DNA from: Pseudomonadota bacterium
GTDB taxonomy: Bacteria; Pseudomonadota; Gammaproteobacteria; Xanthomonadales; Xanthomonadaceae
Assembly (NCBI GenBank): GCA_023438325.1
Contig: JAEXRB010000259.1
Location: 1 to 39,535, forward strand
Direction of reading: 5' to 3'
Length of the DNA stretch: 39,535 nt
In this document: positions 1-10,177 of the stretch, one piece after another
Position numbering within the stretch: the stretch's first letter is position 1
How the letters are laid out: every line of letters starts with the position of its first letter
Translations under genes and position numbers: made by a program
Notes under the pieces: model-generated
Databases searched by the model: none
What the model saw: only the letters and a program-made list of their open reading frames with translations
Told to the model about the DNA's origin: nothing

Positions 1-803
1 GCCTTGAAGCGATCGATGAACTTCTGCAAATGGGCGCGCTCGACTTGCTCTTTCTCGAACGCGATCTGCTGCTGGCGCAACTGCTCAGCACGCTGGCGCT
101 CGAAGCTGGTGTAGTCGCCGGTGTAAAGCCGTGCCCGGCCATCGTGTAGATGCAGGGTGTGGGTGGAGATGCCGTCGAGGAACTCACGATCGTGACTGAT
201 GACCAGCAGCGTGCCGGGATATTTCAGCAACCACTGTTCGAGCCAGAGCACGGCATCCAGATCCAGATGGTTGGTCGGCTCGTCGAGCAGCAACAAGTCG
301 CTCGGCGTCATCAACGCACGCGCCAGATTTAAGCGCACGCGCCAGCCGCCGGAAAAGGTCGAGACGGGCCGGGCATGCGTATCGGCGGAAAAACCCAGGC
401 CATGCAGCAGCCGGCCCGCGCGCGCCGGAGCGTCGTAGCCGTTGAGCTCGGCCAGGCGCTGATGCGCCTGCGCCACGGCTTCGTAATCTTCGCGCGCCAT
501 CGCCGCGGCCTCGGTACGCAGCACCTCGGCTACCTCGCCATCACCGGACATGACGAAATCCAGCGCCGAATCGGGCAGCGAGGGAGTTTCCTGCGCCACC
601 GAGGCGATACGCACGCGGCTGGGCAGATCCAGCTCGCCCATGTCTGGCTCAAGCTCGCCCATCAATGCAGCGAACAGGCTGGATTTGCCGCATCCGTTGC
701 GGCCGATCACGCCCACGCGCCAACCGGCATGCAGTGCTGCATCCACCTGCGAAAGCAACAGGCGCTGACCGCGCCGCAAGGCGAAATTGCGGAAGGAAAT
801 CAT
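1..803 (-). CDS. ABC-F family ATPase (YheS-like), 5' part; runs off the left edge
   Basis: Manual minus-strand translation from ATG at 803: [17 protein letters not shown]..., Walker A GRNGCGKS, signature FSGGWRVR, Walker [14 protein letters not shown]-loop ISHDR, linker [10 protein letters not shown]. Absent from the ORF track because it is truncated. Confidence 0.92.
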   Translation of the reverse strand, partial: MISFRNFALRRGQRLLLSQVDAALHAGWRVGVIGRNGCGKSSLFAALMGELEPDMGELDLPSRVRIASVAQETPSLPDSALDFVMSGDGEVAEVLRTEAAAMAREDYEAVAQAHQRLAELNGYDAPARAGRLLHGLGFSADTHARPVSTFSGGWRVRLNLARALMTPSDLLLLDEPTNHLDLDAVLWLEQWLLKYPGTLLVISHDREFLDGISTHTLHLHDGRARLYTGDYTSFERQRAEQLRQQQIAFEKEQVERAHLQKFIDRFK

Positions 804-851
804 CTGGGGAAAGGCCAAAGACGCGCCGAAAAACGTGGCGCAAAGACGGGC

Positions 852-857
852 ATTGTA
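852..857 (-). promoter_or_regulatory. Possible sigma70 -10 element (TACAAT) for the ABC-F gene
   Basis: attgta on + strand reads TACAAT on the minus strand, about 50 nt upstream of the start, in the divergent intergenic gap; no -35 identified. Confidence 0.35.
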
Positions 858-926
858 ATGAAAACCCTTGCGGCTACCGGTGCCGACCCTCTAAGGTTTC
901 CCTCATTCCCGCGAGCAGCCGACGCC

Positions 927-1619
927 ATGACCGACACCGACGCCACCGCCGATGCCGATCTCCAATGCGATGGCCTGCCCGATGCCCAGCGCCTCACGGC
1001 GACCGAGGCTCGTGTGCTGGGCTGCCTCATCGAGAAAGAGGCCACCACGCCGGATCAATATCCGCTGACCGAGAACGCGCTGACCCTGGCCTGCAACCAG
1101 AAAACCAGCCGCGACCCTGTCATGGAGTTGTCACCGGGCGAGGTCGGCCACGCATTGCGCCAACTTGAACCGCGCCAGATGGTGCGCAGCCAGCACGCCT
1201 CGCGCGCGCAGCGCTGGGAGCATCGCTTTGCGCAGGCTTATGGCGTCACCGTGCAACAGCAGGCCGCCTTGTGCGTGCTGATGCTGCGCGGCGCGCAGAC
1301 ACTCAACGAGATATTCACCCGCGCCGAGCGCATCGGCCGCTTCAGCGATACCGAGCAAGTGCGCCATGCACTTGAGCGACTGGCGCAACGCAGCCCGGCG
1401 CTGATCGTGCAATTGCCACGCGCACCGGGCCAGCGCGAGGAGCGCTGGATGCATCTTCTGTGCGGGCCGGTGGATATCGAAGCGCTGCAAGCGTCTGCGC
1501 CGTCACGCCCGGCGGCCGCAGGTGCGTCGCTTGCCGCGCTGGAAGCGCGCATCGAGGCACTGGAAGCACGGCTCGCGGCGCTGGAAGCAACCCGCACTCA
1601 ACCACCGCCAGAAATCTGA
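927..1619 (+). CDS. yceH: YceH/DUF480 family protein
   Basis: [26 protein letters not shown]...[32 protein letters not shown] and a C-terminal coiled coil. Start placed at ATG 927 because the ORF-track extension overlaps the ABC-F gene. Confidence 0.88.
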   Translation: MTDTDATADADLQCDGLPDAQRLTATEARVLGCLIEKEATTPDQYPLTENALTLACNQKTSRDPVMELSPGEVGHALRQLEPRQMVRSQHASRAQRWEHRFAQAYGVTVQQQAALCVLMLRGAQTLNEIFTRAERIGRFSDTEQVRHALERLAQRSPALIVQLPRAPGQREERWMHLLCGPVDIEALQASAPSRPAAAGASLAALEARIEALEARLAALEATRTQPPPEI

Positions 1620-1663
1620 GCAGGCACGCCCGGATACGTCCGACCGCCCGCAGACAGCCACTT

Positions 1664-1669
1664 TACAAT
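1664..1669 (+). promoter_or_regulatory. Possible -10 element (TACAAT) upstream of the mrp/pha operon
   Basis: tacaat in the intergenic region about 115 nt before the mrpA start; no -35 identified. Confidence 0.3.
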
Positions 1670-1782
1670 GCAAGTTTTCGCAAGTCCGCGCCCACGCGCG
1701 AGTGCTTGTCCGGAAGGCACCTGAACGTCTTCACCCCCGCTTTCACCGGCGATTCTTTTTTAGCTGCTTGAGCCCCATCACG

Positions 1783-4602
1783 ATGCTGTACCTGTTGCTG
1801 GCAACGCCGTTCATCGCGTCCTTGCTCGTGGCGCTCGCATACCGCGCGCCGCGTCGCCTGATCGCATGGCTGGCCGCTGCCGCACCTCTGGGCGGCTTGG
1901 CACTTCTGGCGCCGTTCACCCCGGCAGTGATGCGCGGCGAAACCCCCAAGGCACTGATCCCATGGGTTTCACAGGCCGGTCTTGATCTTCATGTCCGTCT
2001 CGACGGGCTGGCCTGGATGTTCGCGGTCATGGTGCTCGCCATCGGAGTTCTGGTGGTGATGTATGCGCGCTATTACCTGAGCAGCAAGGACAGCGCGGCG
2101 CGTTTCTTCGCGGTCCTGCTGCTGTTCATGGGCGCGATGCTGGGGTTGGTGCTGTCGGGCAACCTGCTGATGCTGGTGGTGTTCTGGGAGCTGACCAGCA
2201 TCAGCTCGTTCCTCCTGATCGGCTTTTGGTCACACCGCGAGGACGCGCGTGAAGGCGCGCGCATGGCGCTGGCGATCACCGGCGGTGGCGGGCTGGCACT
2301 GCTGGCCGGCGTGCTGATGATCGGCAAGGTGGTCGGCAGTTTCGATCTCGACCTGGTGCTGGCTTCCGGCGACCTGATCCGTGCCAGCAGTCTCTATCCG
2401 TGGATTCTCGGGCTGGTGCTGCTGGGCATTTTCACCAAGAGCGCGCAGTTCCCGTTCCACTTCTGGCTGCCGCATGCAATGGCCGCCCCCACGCCGGTAT
2501 CGGCCTACCTGCATTCGGCCACGATGGTGAAAGCCGGCGTGTTCCTGCTGGCGCGACTGCATCCCGCGCTGGCGGGCACCGACATGTTCTTCTACGTGGT
2601 CAGCGGCATCGGCGCGCTGACCTTGCTGCTGGGCGCCTGGTACGCCATCTTCCAGCACGATCTGAAAGGCCTGCTGGCGTATTCGACGATCTCGCACCTG
2701 GGCCTGATCACGCTGCTGTTCGGCTTGTCCACGCCGCTGGCGGTGGTGGCCGGTTTGTTCCACATCCTCAATCACGCCACCTTCAAGGCCTCGCTGTTCA
2801 TGGCCGCCGGCATCATCGACCACGAAACCGGCACGCGCGACATGCGCCGGCTCGGCAACCTGCGACGTTACATGCCCTTCACCAGCACGCTGGCGATCAT
2901 CGCCTCGCTGGCCATGGCCGGCGTGCCGCTGCTCAATGGCTTCCTCAGCAAGGAAATGTTCTTCGCGCAGGCGCTGGAAATCGAAGGCCACGCCGTGATG
3001 CGCGATGCCATGACCGTCGCAGCCGTGCTGGCGGCTATGCTCGGCGTGGCATACAGCTTGCGCTTCGTGCTCGACACCTTCTTCGGCAAGGGCCCGCGCG
3101 CGCTGGAGGAAATGCCTTACGAGCCGCCGCGCTGGATGAAGATCCCCATCGAGGTGCTGGTGTTCGCCTGCCTGGCGGTCGGCATCGCGCCGGCCTGGAC
3201 GGTCGCGCCGGTGCTGAATGCAGCCGCGCTCGGCGTGCTGGGCGACAACCTGCCCACGTACAGCCTGTCGATCTGGCATGGCTTCAATCTGCCGTTCCTG
3301 ATGAGCCTTTTGGGCCTGCTCGGCGGCATCGTGCTGTATTTCGGCTTGCGCAGGCTGCTCGACCTGCATGCCATCGTGCGCGAATCGCTCGGCCGTCGCA
3401 TCTTCCGCATCAACGTCGAGCGCCTGTTCGCGCTGGCTGATCGCTTCACTCGCGCCATCGCCAACGGCAGCGTGCAGCGCAGCCTGTTCCTGCTGGTGTT
3501 TTCGGCCATCGTCCTGGCATTGGCACCGATGCTCGAACAAGGCATCACACCGGAGCTGCCCACGCTCACCCCGGCGCCACCCTTGATCTGGCTGGGCTGG
3601 CTGGTCATGGTGATCGGCACGATCGCCACCTTGGCGGCGCATCGGCAACGCCTGCGGGCCATCATCGTGGTGGGGGCGGTCGGCCTGATGGTGAGCCTGA
3701 CCTTCGTCTATCTCTCCGCACCCGACCTGGCACTCACCCAGCTGCTGGTGGAAATGGTGACGATCTGCCTGATGCTGCTGGCGCTCAACTATCTGCCCAA
3801 GGATTCCCTGCCCGGGCGTTCGCGCTCGCGCCGCTGGCGCGACACGGGCATCGCGGTATTCGCAGGCCTGGGCGTGGCCGGCATGGCTTACGCCATGATG
3901 ACCCGCCCCAGCCTCACCTTCGCCGAGGAACTGCTGGCGCGCTCGCTGCCGGAAGCCTACGGCCACAACGTGGTGAACGTGATCCTGGTGGATTTCCGCG
4001 GCTTCGATACGCTGGGCGAGATCACCGTTTTCGGCATCGCCGGATTGATCGTGCACGCCCTGCTCAAGCGCGCCCGCATGGCTCCGGAGGAAAAGGTCGA
4101 CAGCCCGCCGATCCTGCTCCCCATGGCGGCCGATCTTTCCCAGTTGCTTTTCCCGCTGGCGCTGACCGTGTCCATCTACCTGTTCCTGCGCGGCCACAAT
4201 GCGCCCGGCGGCGGCTTCATCGCCGGCCTGGTGCTGGTGATTCCCGTATTGCTGCAATACATCATCCAGGGCATGGGCGCCTTCGAGCGCCAGTTGGGTG
4301 TGGATTACGTCAAATGCATCGGCATCGGCCTGTTGGCGGCACTCGCCACCGGGCTGGCGCCACTGCTATGGGGCCTTCCCTTCCTAACCAGTGGCCACAT
4401 CGAGCCGGAATTGCCCGTGATCGGCGGCATTCCGCTGGCCAGCGCCATCGGATTCGACATCGGCGTGTATCTGGCCGTGTTCGGCGGCGCCATGCTGATC
4501 CTGTCCTCGATGGGCGGCATCCGCCCCTCGCTGACGCGCGATACCTGGCGTGCCTCGATCCAGCGCCCCGATCCGGCTCGCTTCCGCGGGAGGCGCAGCT
4601 GA
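1783..4602 (+). CDS. phaA: Monovalent cation/H+ antiporter subunit A/B fusion (MrpAB/PhaAB)
   Basis: FWELTSISSFLLIGFW, TKSAQFPFHFWLPHAMAAPTPVSAYLHSATMVKAG, NVVNVILVDFRGFDTLGEI, MrpB-like GHNAPGGGFIAGL; highly hydrophobic. Confidence 0.95.
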   Translation: MLYLLLATPFIASLLVALAYRAPRRLIAWLAAAAPLGGLALLAPFTPAVMRGETPKALIPWVSQAGLDLHVRLDGLAWMFAVMVLAIGVLVVMYARYYLSSKDSAARFFAVLLLFMGAMLGLVLSGNLLMLVVFWELTSISSFLLIGFWSHREDAREGARMALAITGGGGLALLAGVLMIGKVVGSFDLDLVLASGDLIRASSLYPWILGLVLLGIFTKSAQFPFHFWLPHAMAAPTPVSAYLHSATMVKAGVFLLARLHPALAGTDMFFYVVSGIGALTLLLGAWYAIFQHDLKGLLAYSTISHLGLITLLFGLSTPLAVVAGLFHILNHATFKASLFMAAGIIDHETGTRDMRRLGNLRRYMPFTSTLAIIASLAMAGVPLLNGFLSKEMFFAQALEIEGHAVMRDAMTVAAVLAAMLGVAYSLRFVLDTFFGKGPRALEEMPYEPPRWMKIPIEVLVFACLAVGIAPAWTVAPVLNAAALGVLGDNLPTYSLSIWHGFNLPFLMSLLGLLGGIVLYFGLRRLLDLHAIVRESLGRRIFRINVERLFALADRFTRAIANGSVQRSLFLLVFSAIVLALAPMLEQGITPELPTLTPAPPLIWLGWLVMVIGTIATLAAHRQRLRAIIVVGAVGLMVSLTFVYLSAPDLALTQLLVEMVTICLMLLALNYLPKDSLPGRSRSRRWRDTGIAVFAGLGVAGMAYAMMTRPSLTFAEELLARSLPEAYGHNVVNVILVDFRGFDTLGEITVFGIAGLIVHALLKRARMAPEEKVDSPPILLPMAADLSQLLFPLALTVSIYLFLRGHNAPGGGFIAGLVLVIPVLLQYIIQGMGAFERQLGVDYVKCIGIGLLAALATGLAPLLWGLPFLTSGHIEPELPVIGGIPLASAIGFDIGVYLAVFGGAMLILSSMGGIRPSLTRDTWRASIQRPDPARFRGRRS

Positions 4603-4955
4603 TGGAATTCCTGCTCGCCAGCGCCATCGGCATCCTCGTCGCATGCGGCGTCTACCTGTTGCTGCGCTCACGCAGCTTCGACGTGATTCTGGGACTGACA
4701 CTCTTGTCCTATGCCACCAACCTCCTGATCTTCTCCGCCGGCCGGCTGGTGCCGGGCAAGCCGCCCGTGCTGAAAGAGGGTGTTGCGCCGCTGCTTGAAA
4801 ACTATGTCGACCCCCTGCCGCAGGCGCTGGTGCTGACGGCCATCGTGATCTCGTTCGCCATGACCGCGATCCTGCTCGTGCTCGCCATGCGCGGGCGCCA
4901 CGACAACCGCGTGGATCATGTCGACGGCAGCGAGCCGAAGGATCGTGACCGATGA
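4602..4955 (+). CDS. phaC: Cation/H+ antiporter subunit C (MrpC/PhaC)
   Basis: TGATG coupling with the upstream stop; DPLPQALVLTAIVISFAMTA motif. Confidence 0.93.
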   Translation: MEFLLASAIGILVACGVYLLLRSRSFDVILGLTLLSYATNLLIFSAGRLVPGKPPVLKEGVAPLLENYVDPLPQALVLTAIVISFAMTAILLVLAMRGRHDNRVDHVDGSEPKDRDR

Positions 4956-6484
4956 GCGCGCATCTTCCGATCCTGCCCATTGCGTTGCCGCTTTTCACCG
5001 GCGCGCTCCTGCTCCTGCTGGAGCGTCGCGGCATCTTGGTGCAGCGCGTCGTCGCCTGGCTGGGGTTGGCGGGGTTGCTGTACCTGTCGATCGCGCTTTT
5101 GCAACAAGCCGATGGCGGCCAGATTACCGCGTATCTGGTCGGCGACTGGCCGGCGCGCCTGGGCATCACGCTCGTCGTGGATCGTCTTTCGGCCTGGATG
5201 GTGTTGACCACGACGCTGCTGGCCGGAGCCTGCCTGCTGCATGCCGGCTCCGGCTGGGATCGGCGCGCCACGCATTTCCATGCCCTGTTCCAGTTCCAGC
5301 TGATGGGATTGAACGGCGCCTTCCTCACCGGCGATCTGTTCAACCTGTTCGTGTTCTTCGAGGTGCTGTTGGCCGCGTCCTACGGGCTGCTGCTCAGCGG
5401 CGGACGCGGCGGACGCATGCGGGTCGGCTTCCATTACGTCGCTTTCAACATCACCGCATCCACCCTGTTCCTGATCGCGCTGGGCCTCATCTACGGCTTG
5501 CTCGGCTCGCTCAACATGGCCGAACTGGCGGTGCGCGTGTCGCAGGTGTCGTATCAGGATCAGGTCTTGGTGCAGGCCGTGGCCGGCCTGCTGCTGGTGG
5601 TGTTCTGCGCCAAGGGTGCGATCCTGCCGCTGTACCTGTGGTTGCCGGCCACTTACGGGCGTGCCCAGCCGGCCGTGGCGGCGCTGTTCGTCATCATGAC
5701 CAAGGTCGGCCTGTACTCGGTGCTGCGCGTGTACACGCTGATCTTCGGCGAGGCCGCCGGCGAACTGGCTGGTTTCGCATGGAAGTGGCTGTTGCCGGCC
5801 GGCATTGCAACCTTGCTGATGGCCGCGTTCGGCACCTTGGCGTCGGTGCGGCTGCGCATCCTGGCCGGCTATCTGGTGCTGGTGTCCGCCGGCACGTTGT
5901 TCATTGCCTTCGCACTGGCAAGCGCGGAGAGCATCGGCGCCGGCCTGTACTACCTGGCGCACAGCACGTTCATGGCTGCGGCGATGTTCCTGATCGTGGA
6001 ACTGGTGCGCCAGCGTCGCGTCACCGACCGCATGAACGTGGCGCGCCCCATGCTCGACCGCGCCATACCCGGCGCGCTGTTCATCATTGCCGCCATCGCC
6101 GCGATCGGCCTGCCGCCGCTGTCTGGCTTCATCGGCAAGTTCACCCTGTTGGCTGCGGTGCCGGAGGCGTGGACAGGCTGGGTCTGGAGCGCGATCCTGG
6201 TTTCCAGTTTCTTCGTGATGGTGGCGCTGGCACGCGCCGGCAGCAAACTGTTCTGGCTGCAACCGGCACCGGGCGACCCGCTCCCGGCCACCGCCGCGAA
6301 AGCGCGCCACGGCCCGCGCGTGGAAATGGCCGCGATCATGCTGCTGCTGGCTTACTGCGTGGTAATGACCATATTCGCCGGCCCCACGCTGCGCTATACC
6401 CAGTCGGCCGGCACCCAACTCGTGGATCCTGCCAACTACATCGAAGCGGTGCGCGAGCAGGCACCGATCCTGCGCGAGCCCTGA
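4952..6484 (+). CDS. phaD: Cation/H+ antiporter subunit D (MrpD/PhaD)
   Basis: FLTGDLFNLFVFFEVLL, PLYLWLPATY, TKVGLY, GLPPLSGFIGK; ATGA overlap with phaC. Confidence 0.95.
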   Translation: MSAHLPILPIALPLFTGALLLLLERRGILVQRVVAWLGLAGLLYLSIALLQQADGGQITAYLVGDWPARLGITLVVDRLSAWMVLTTTLLAGACLLHAGSGWDRRATHFHALFQFQLMGLNGAFLTGDLFNLFVFFEVLLAASYGLLLSGGRGGRMRVGFHYVAFNITASTLFLIALGLIYGLLGSLNMAELAVRVSQVSYQDQVLVQAVAGLLLVVFCAKGAILPLYLWLPATYGRAQPAVAALFVIMTKVGLYSVLRVYTLIFGEAAGELAGFAWKWLLPAGIATLLMAAFGTLASVRLRILAGYLVLVSAGTLFIAFALASAESIGAGLYYLAHSTFMAAAMFLIVELVRQRRVTDRMNVARPMLDRAIPGALFIIAAIAAIGLPPLSGFIGKFTLLAAVPEAWTGWVWSAILVSSFFVMVALARAGSKLFWLQPAPGDPLPATAAKARHGPRVEMAAIMLLLAYCVVMTIFAGPTLRYTQSAGTQLVDPANYIEAVREQAPILREP

Positions 6485-6487
6485 TCG

Positions 6488-6985
6488 ATGAGAAAACGCT
6501 TCCGCACGCTCGTTCCTTCCATTCCACTGAGCCTCACGGTGTTCGTGTTCGGCCTGCTGCTGCCGGACCACATCAGTACCGGTTACGTCGTTCTGGCGCT
6601 GCTGCTGGCACTGCTGATTCCGCAAGTGGCCAAACGTCTGGATCGCGAATTCGCCTACGTCGCCACACTGCGCCCGGTGCCACGGCTGGTGATGGTGATT
6701 CTGTACGACATCGTGCGCTCCAACATCCATGTCGCGCGCCTCGTCCTCGGCCGTGAATCGGCGCTCAAGCCCGGCTGGGTGTGGGTGCCTCTGGATCTGA
6801 CCAACATCCACGGCATCACCACGCTGGCCAGCATCATCACCCTCACGCCCGGCACCGTATCGGCCGAGCTCTCCGACGACCGCCGCTACCTTCTGGTTCA
6901 TGCCCTTGACCTGCAAGACCCGCAAGCGCTGATCGACGAGATAAAACTCCGCTACGAAGCTCCGCTGAAGGAGATCTTCCCGTGA
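6488..6985 (+). CDS. phaE: Cation/H+ antiporter subunit E (MrpE/PhaE)
   Basis: LASIITLTPGTVS...LLVHALD...IKLRYEAPLKEIF motif; operon position. Confidence 0.92.
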   Translation: MRKRFRTLVPSIPLSLTVFVFGLLLPDHISTGYVVLALLLALLIPQVAKRLDREFAYVATLRPVPRLVMVILYDIVRSNIHVARLVLGRESALKPGWVWVPLDLTNIHGITTLASIITLTPGTVSAELSDDRRYLLVHALDLQDPQALIDEIKLRYEAPLKEIFP

Positions 6986-7251
6986 TCGACATCGCCATCC
7001 TCATTTCCCTGCACGTGGTCGGCATCGCGATGCTGCTGTCGCTGTGGCGACTGGTGCGCGGCCCCGGCGTGCCCGACCGCATCCTGGCGTTGGATACCCT
7101 CAACATCAACGCGATCGCATTGCTGATCCTGGACGGCATGTACCTGAAATCGGAAATCTACTTCGAGGCCGCACTGGTGATCGCGATGCTGGGCTTCGTC
7201 GGCACGGTGGTGCTGAGCAAGTACGTGCTGCGCAGGGATATCGTCGAATGA
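6982..7251 (+). CDS. phaF: Cation/H+ antiporter subunit F (MrpF/PhaF)
   Basis: GTG start overlapping the phaE stop; RLVRGPGVPDRILALDTL, AMLGFVGTV. Confidence 0.92.
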   Translation: MIDIAILISLHVVGIAMLLSLWRLVRGPGVPDRILALDTLNINAIALLILDGMYLKSEIYFEAALVIAMLGFVGTVVLSKYVLRRDIVE

Positions 7252-7619
7252 ACTCCTTCATTGAAGCCCTGCTCGCGGTGCTGCTGCTGGTGTCCTGTTT
7301 CTTCACCCTGGTCGGATCGCTGGGGCTGGTGAAACTGTCCGAATTCTTCCGTCGCCTGCACGGCCCGACCAAGTCCACCACGATGGGCGTGGGCTGCGTG
7401 CTGATCGTCTCGATCTTCTATCACGCCATGATCGGCAACAGCTTCCACCCGCGCGAGCTGCTGATCAGCGTGTTCCTGTTCATCACCGCCCCCATCAGCG
7501 CCCACATGATGGCCAAGGCCGCGCTCTCGCTGCGCCTGAAAAAACGCCCGCAGTGTCCCGCCGACGAAACCCCGGATCCGAGCGAGAGCGACCGCACGCA
7601 GAAGTCCGAGCCGATCTAG
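7248..7619 (+). CDS. phaG: Cation/H+ antiporter subunit G (MrpG/PhaG)
   Basis: ATGA overlap; GSLGLVKL..FFRRLHGPTKSTTMG, FLFITAPISAHMMAKAA. Confidence 0.92.
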   Translation: MNSFIEALLAVLLLVSCFFTLVGSLGLVKLSEFFRRLHGPTKSTTMGVGCVLIVSIFYHAMIGNSFHPRELLISVFLFITAPISAHMMAKAALSLRLKKRPQCPADETPDPSESDRTQKSEPI

Positions 7620-7689
7620 AAAATATTGCTTGGCATCACAACTTCACGCCCCAATACTGGGTCGGATGACCTGGGCTTGAGAGACGCGG

Positions 7690-9414
7690 ATGCAGCACCA
7701 CACCGACCTGATCGATATCGTCGCCATCGGCCTGGGTCTGGCGTTCGTGCTCGGTTTTCTGGCGAACAAGATCAAACTCTCGCCACTGGTCGGTTATCTG
7801 CTCGCCGGCGTCATCGTCGGCCCACATACGCCCGGCTTCGTCGGCGATGCGGACATCGCCACGCAACTGTCCGAAATCGGCGTGATGCTGCTGATGTTCG
7901 GCGTCGGCCTGCATTTTTCGCTGGACGACCTCATGGAGGTCAAGTGGATCGCCCTGCCCGGCGCCATCGTGCAGATCGGCGCGGCCACGGTGCTGGGTTG
8001 GGGGCTGGCCTGGATGCTGGGCTGGCCCACCATCGAGGGCGTGATGTTCGGCTTCTGCCTGGCCACTGCCAGCACCGTGGTGCTGTTGCGCGCGATGGAA
8101 GAGCGCCGCCTGCTCGATACTCAGCGCGGCCGCATCGCGGTGGGCTGGCTGATCGTGGAAGATCTGGCTTGCGTACTGGCACTGGTGTTGTTGCCGGCGC
8201 TGGCCGGCATGCTCAAAGACACCGGCGCGACCAGTGATCTGGCGCTGGTGGATGTCCTCAAGATCCTCGCCGGCACGCTGCTTCAGGTCGCCGCCTTCGT
8301 CGCCGTCATGCTGGTGGTCGGGAAGCGCGTTATCCCGTGGATGCTCGAACGCACCGCCGGCACCGGCTCGCGTGAACTGTTCACGCTTTCGATCCTGGCC
8401 ATCGCGCTGGGGCTGGCATTCGGCTCGGCCAAACTGTTTGGCGTGTCGTTCGCACTGGGCGCGTTTTTCGCCGGCATGGTGCTCAACGGTTCCGAACTCA
8501 GCCACAAGGCCGCCAACGACTCCCTGCCGCTGCGGGATGCCTTCGCGGTGCTGTTCTTCGTTTCGGTCGGCATGCTGTTTGACCCAGGCATCCTGATCCA
8601 ACACCCGCTGCATGTGCTGGCCACCACGTTCATCATCATCTTCGGCAAGTCCGTGGCGGCCTATGCCATCGTGCGCGCCTTCGGCCACCCCAACCGCACC
8701 GCGCTGACGATTTCGTGCAGCCTGGCGCAAATCGGCGAATTTGCCTTCATCCTCGCCGGCCTCGGGATCTCGCTCCAACTGCTGCCTGCCGAAGGCCGCG
8801 ATCTGGTACTGGCCGGCGCACTGATTTCCATCATTGCCAATCCACTCATCTTCGCGGGCCTGGATCGCTGGGAAGCCCGGCAGGAAAACGAAGCCGAGCT
8901 GGCTGCCGCACCCACGCCTGAGCTGCCTCCCGGCCCCACGCTGGAACCGGGTCATCACGCCATTGTCGTGGGCTATGGCCGGGTCGGCTCACAACTGTCC
9001 CAGCTTCTACGGGATCGCGGCGTGACCGTGGTCGTGGTGGATACCAACATCGAGCTGGTACAACGCGCCCATTTCGCCGGCATTCCCGCCATCCGGGGCA
9101 ATGCTGCGGCCGAGCGCGTGCTCGCCGAAGCCCACCCTGAAAGCGCACAGATCGCCATCATCGCCATCCCGCAGGCACTGGAGGCCGGCGAAGTCGCAGC
9201 ACGTCTGCGTGCCGCCAACCCCGTGCTCACCATCTTCGCGCGTGCGCACAGCGATGCCGAAGTCAAACACCTGATCGAGCACGGCGCCGATGGCGCGGTG
9301 ATGGCGGAACGCGAACTGGCCTACAGCATGGCCGAAATGGCAATGGCAACACCGGCCTATCGCAGCGGCTCGCTATCCAACCCCATTCCACCCTCGCTGC
9401 CGCAAAGCGCCTGA
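7690..9414 (+). CDS. ybaL: CPA2 cation:proton antiporter with C-terminal TrkA-N/RCK domain (YbaL/RosB-like)
   Basis: SPLVGYLLAGV, EIGVMLLMFGVGLHFS, GWLIVEDL, SLPLRDAFAVLFFVSVG, LAQIGEFAF; RCK IVVGYGRVG. Confidence 0.9.
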   Translation: MQHHTDLIDIVAIGLGLAFVLGFLANKIKLSPLVGYLLAGVIVGPHTPGFVGDADIATQLSEIGVMLLMFGVGLHFSLDDLMEVKWIALPGAIVQIGAATVLGWGLAWMLGWPTIEGVMFGFCLATASTVVLLRAMEERRLLDTQRGRIAVGWLIVEDLACVLALVLLPALAGMLKDTGATSDLALVDVLKILAGTLLQVAAFVAVMLVVGKRVIPWMLERTAGTGSRELFTLSILAIALGLAFGSAKLFGVSFALGAFFAGMVLNGSELSHKAANDSLPLRDAFAVLFFVSVGMLFDPGILIQHPLHVLATTFIIIFGKSVAAYAIVRAFGHPNRTALTISCSLAQIGEFAFILAGLGISLQLLPAEGRDLVLAGALISIIANPLIFAGLDRWEARQENEAELAAAPTPELPPGPTLEPGHHAIVVGYGRVGSQLSQLLRDRGVTVVVVDTNIELVQRAHFAGIPAIRGNAAAERVLAEAHPESAQIAIIAIPQALEAGEVAARLRAANPVLTIFARAHSDAEVKHLIEHGADGAVMAERELAYSMAEMAMATPAYRSGSLSNPIPPSLPQSA

Positions 9415-9483
9415 ACCTTCCGCGCAAGCTATGGTCTACTTGAGCCTTCAGGCCACATCACCACTTTTGAACGGAGATTCCCG

Positions 9484-10134
9484 ATGTTTCACCGCCTTGC
9501 CTCTCTTTTCCTCATCGCCGCTACGGCGTTTTCCGGTGTGGCACTCGCCCAGCCTGCCGCACCGATCGAAGGCCAGGATTACGCCGTGATCGATCCTCCG
9601 GTGGCCACCCTGAGCGGCGACCGGATCGAAGTGGCAGAAGTTTTCGGCTATTCCTGTGTCCACTGCGCCCATTTCGCCCCGATCATTTCCGTGTGGAAGA
9701 AGAGTCAGCCTGCCGACGTGCGGGTCGAATATGTGCCGGCGGTATTCGGTGGCATCTGGGAAATCTATGCGCGCGTCTACTACACCGCCGAATCACTCGG
9801 CGTGCTCGACCTGACCCACGATCAACTGTTCGAAGCCCTGCATACTGAGCGTCGCCCGATCAACAAGATCGAAGACATCGCCGATTTTTACGCCGAACAT
9901 GGCGTGGACAAAGACAACTTCCTCGCCACGCTCAACAGCTTTCCGGTCAATGCCCAGATCGAAACCGCACGCAAGCGCGCGATGGGCTGGGGCGTGGACG
10001 CCACGCCCACGATGATCGTGGCCGGCAAGTACAAGGTGCAGGCGCCACGCGAAGGCGGCTTCAAGCGCATGCTGGAAATCGTCGACGCCCTCGTGGCGAA
10101 GGAACGCGCTGCACAGAACCCCAGCAAGAAATAA
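9484..10134 (+). CDS. dsbA: Thiol:disulfide oxidoreductase DsbA
   Basis: Signal peptide, EVFGYSCVHC (CxxC) and cis-Pro loop ATPT; SD GGAG upstream. Confidence 0.92.
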   Translation: MFHRLASLFLIAATAFSGVALAQPAAPIEGQDYAVIDPPVATLSGDRIEVAEVFGYSCVHCAHFAPIISVWKKSQPADVRVEYVPAVFGGIWEIYARVYYTAESLGVLDLTHDQLFEALHTERRPINKIEDIADFYAEHGVDKDNFLATLNSFPVNAQIETARKRAMGWGVDATPTMIVAGKYKVQAPREGGFKRMLEIVDALVAKERAAQNPSKK

Positions 10135-10177
10135 GACACACCTTGCCTGCGCGCAGGGATGACCCCATCTGCCCTTC

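Noticed and set aside
375..926. N-terminal extension of YceH in the ORF track (similar extensions for phaA, phaC, phaG, sigma, FecR, receptor, kinase, ABC-F and bkdA1)
   Set aside because: Extensions overlap neighbouring genes or regulatory DNA; family similarity and SD sites point to downstream starts.
2230..6925. Long antisense ORFs (675 aa at 2230-4257 and 669 aa at 4916-6925)
   Set aside because: Shadows of phaA and phaD/E caused by GC-rich codon bias; no recognisable motifs.
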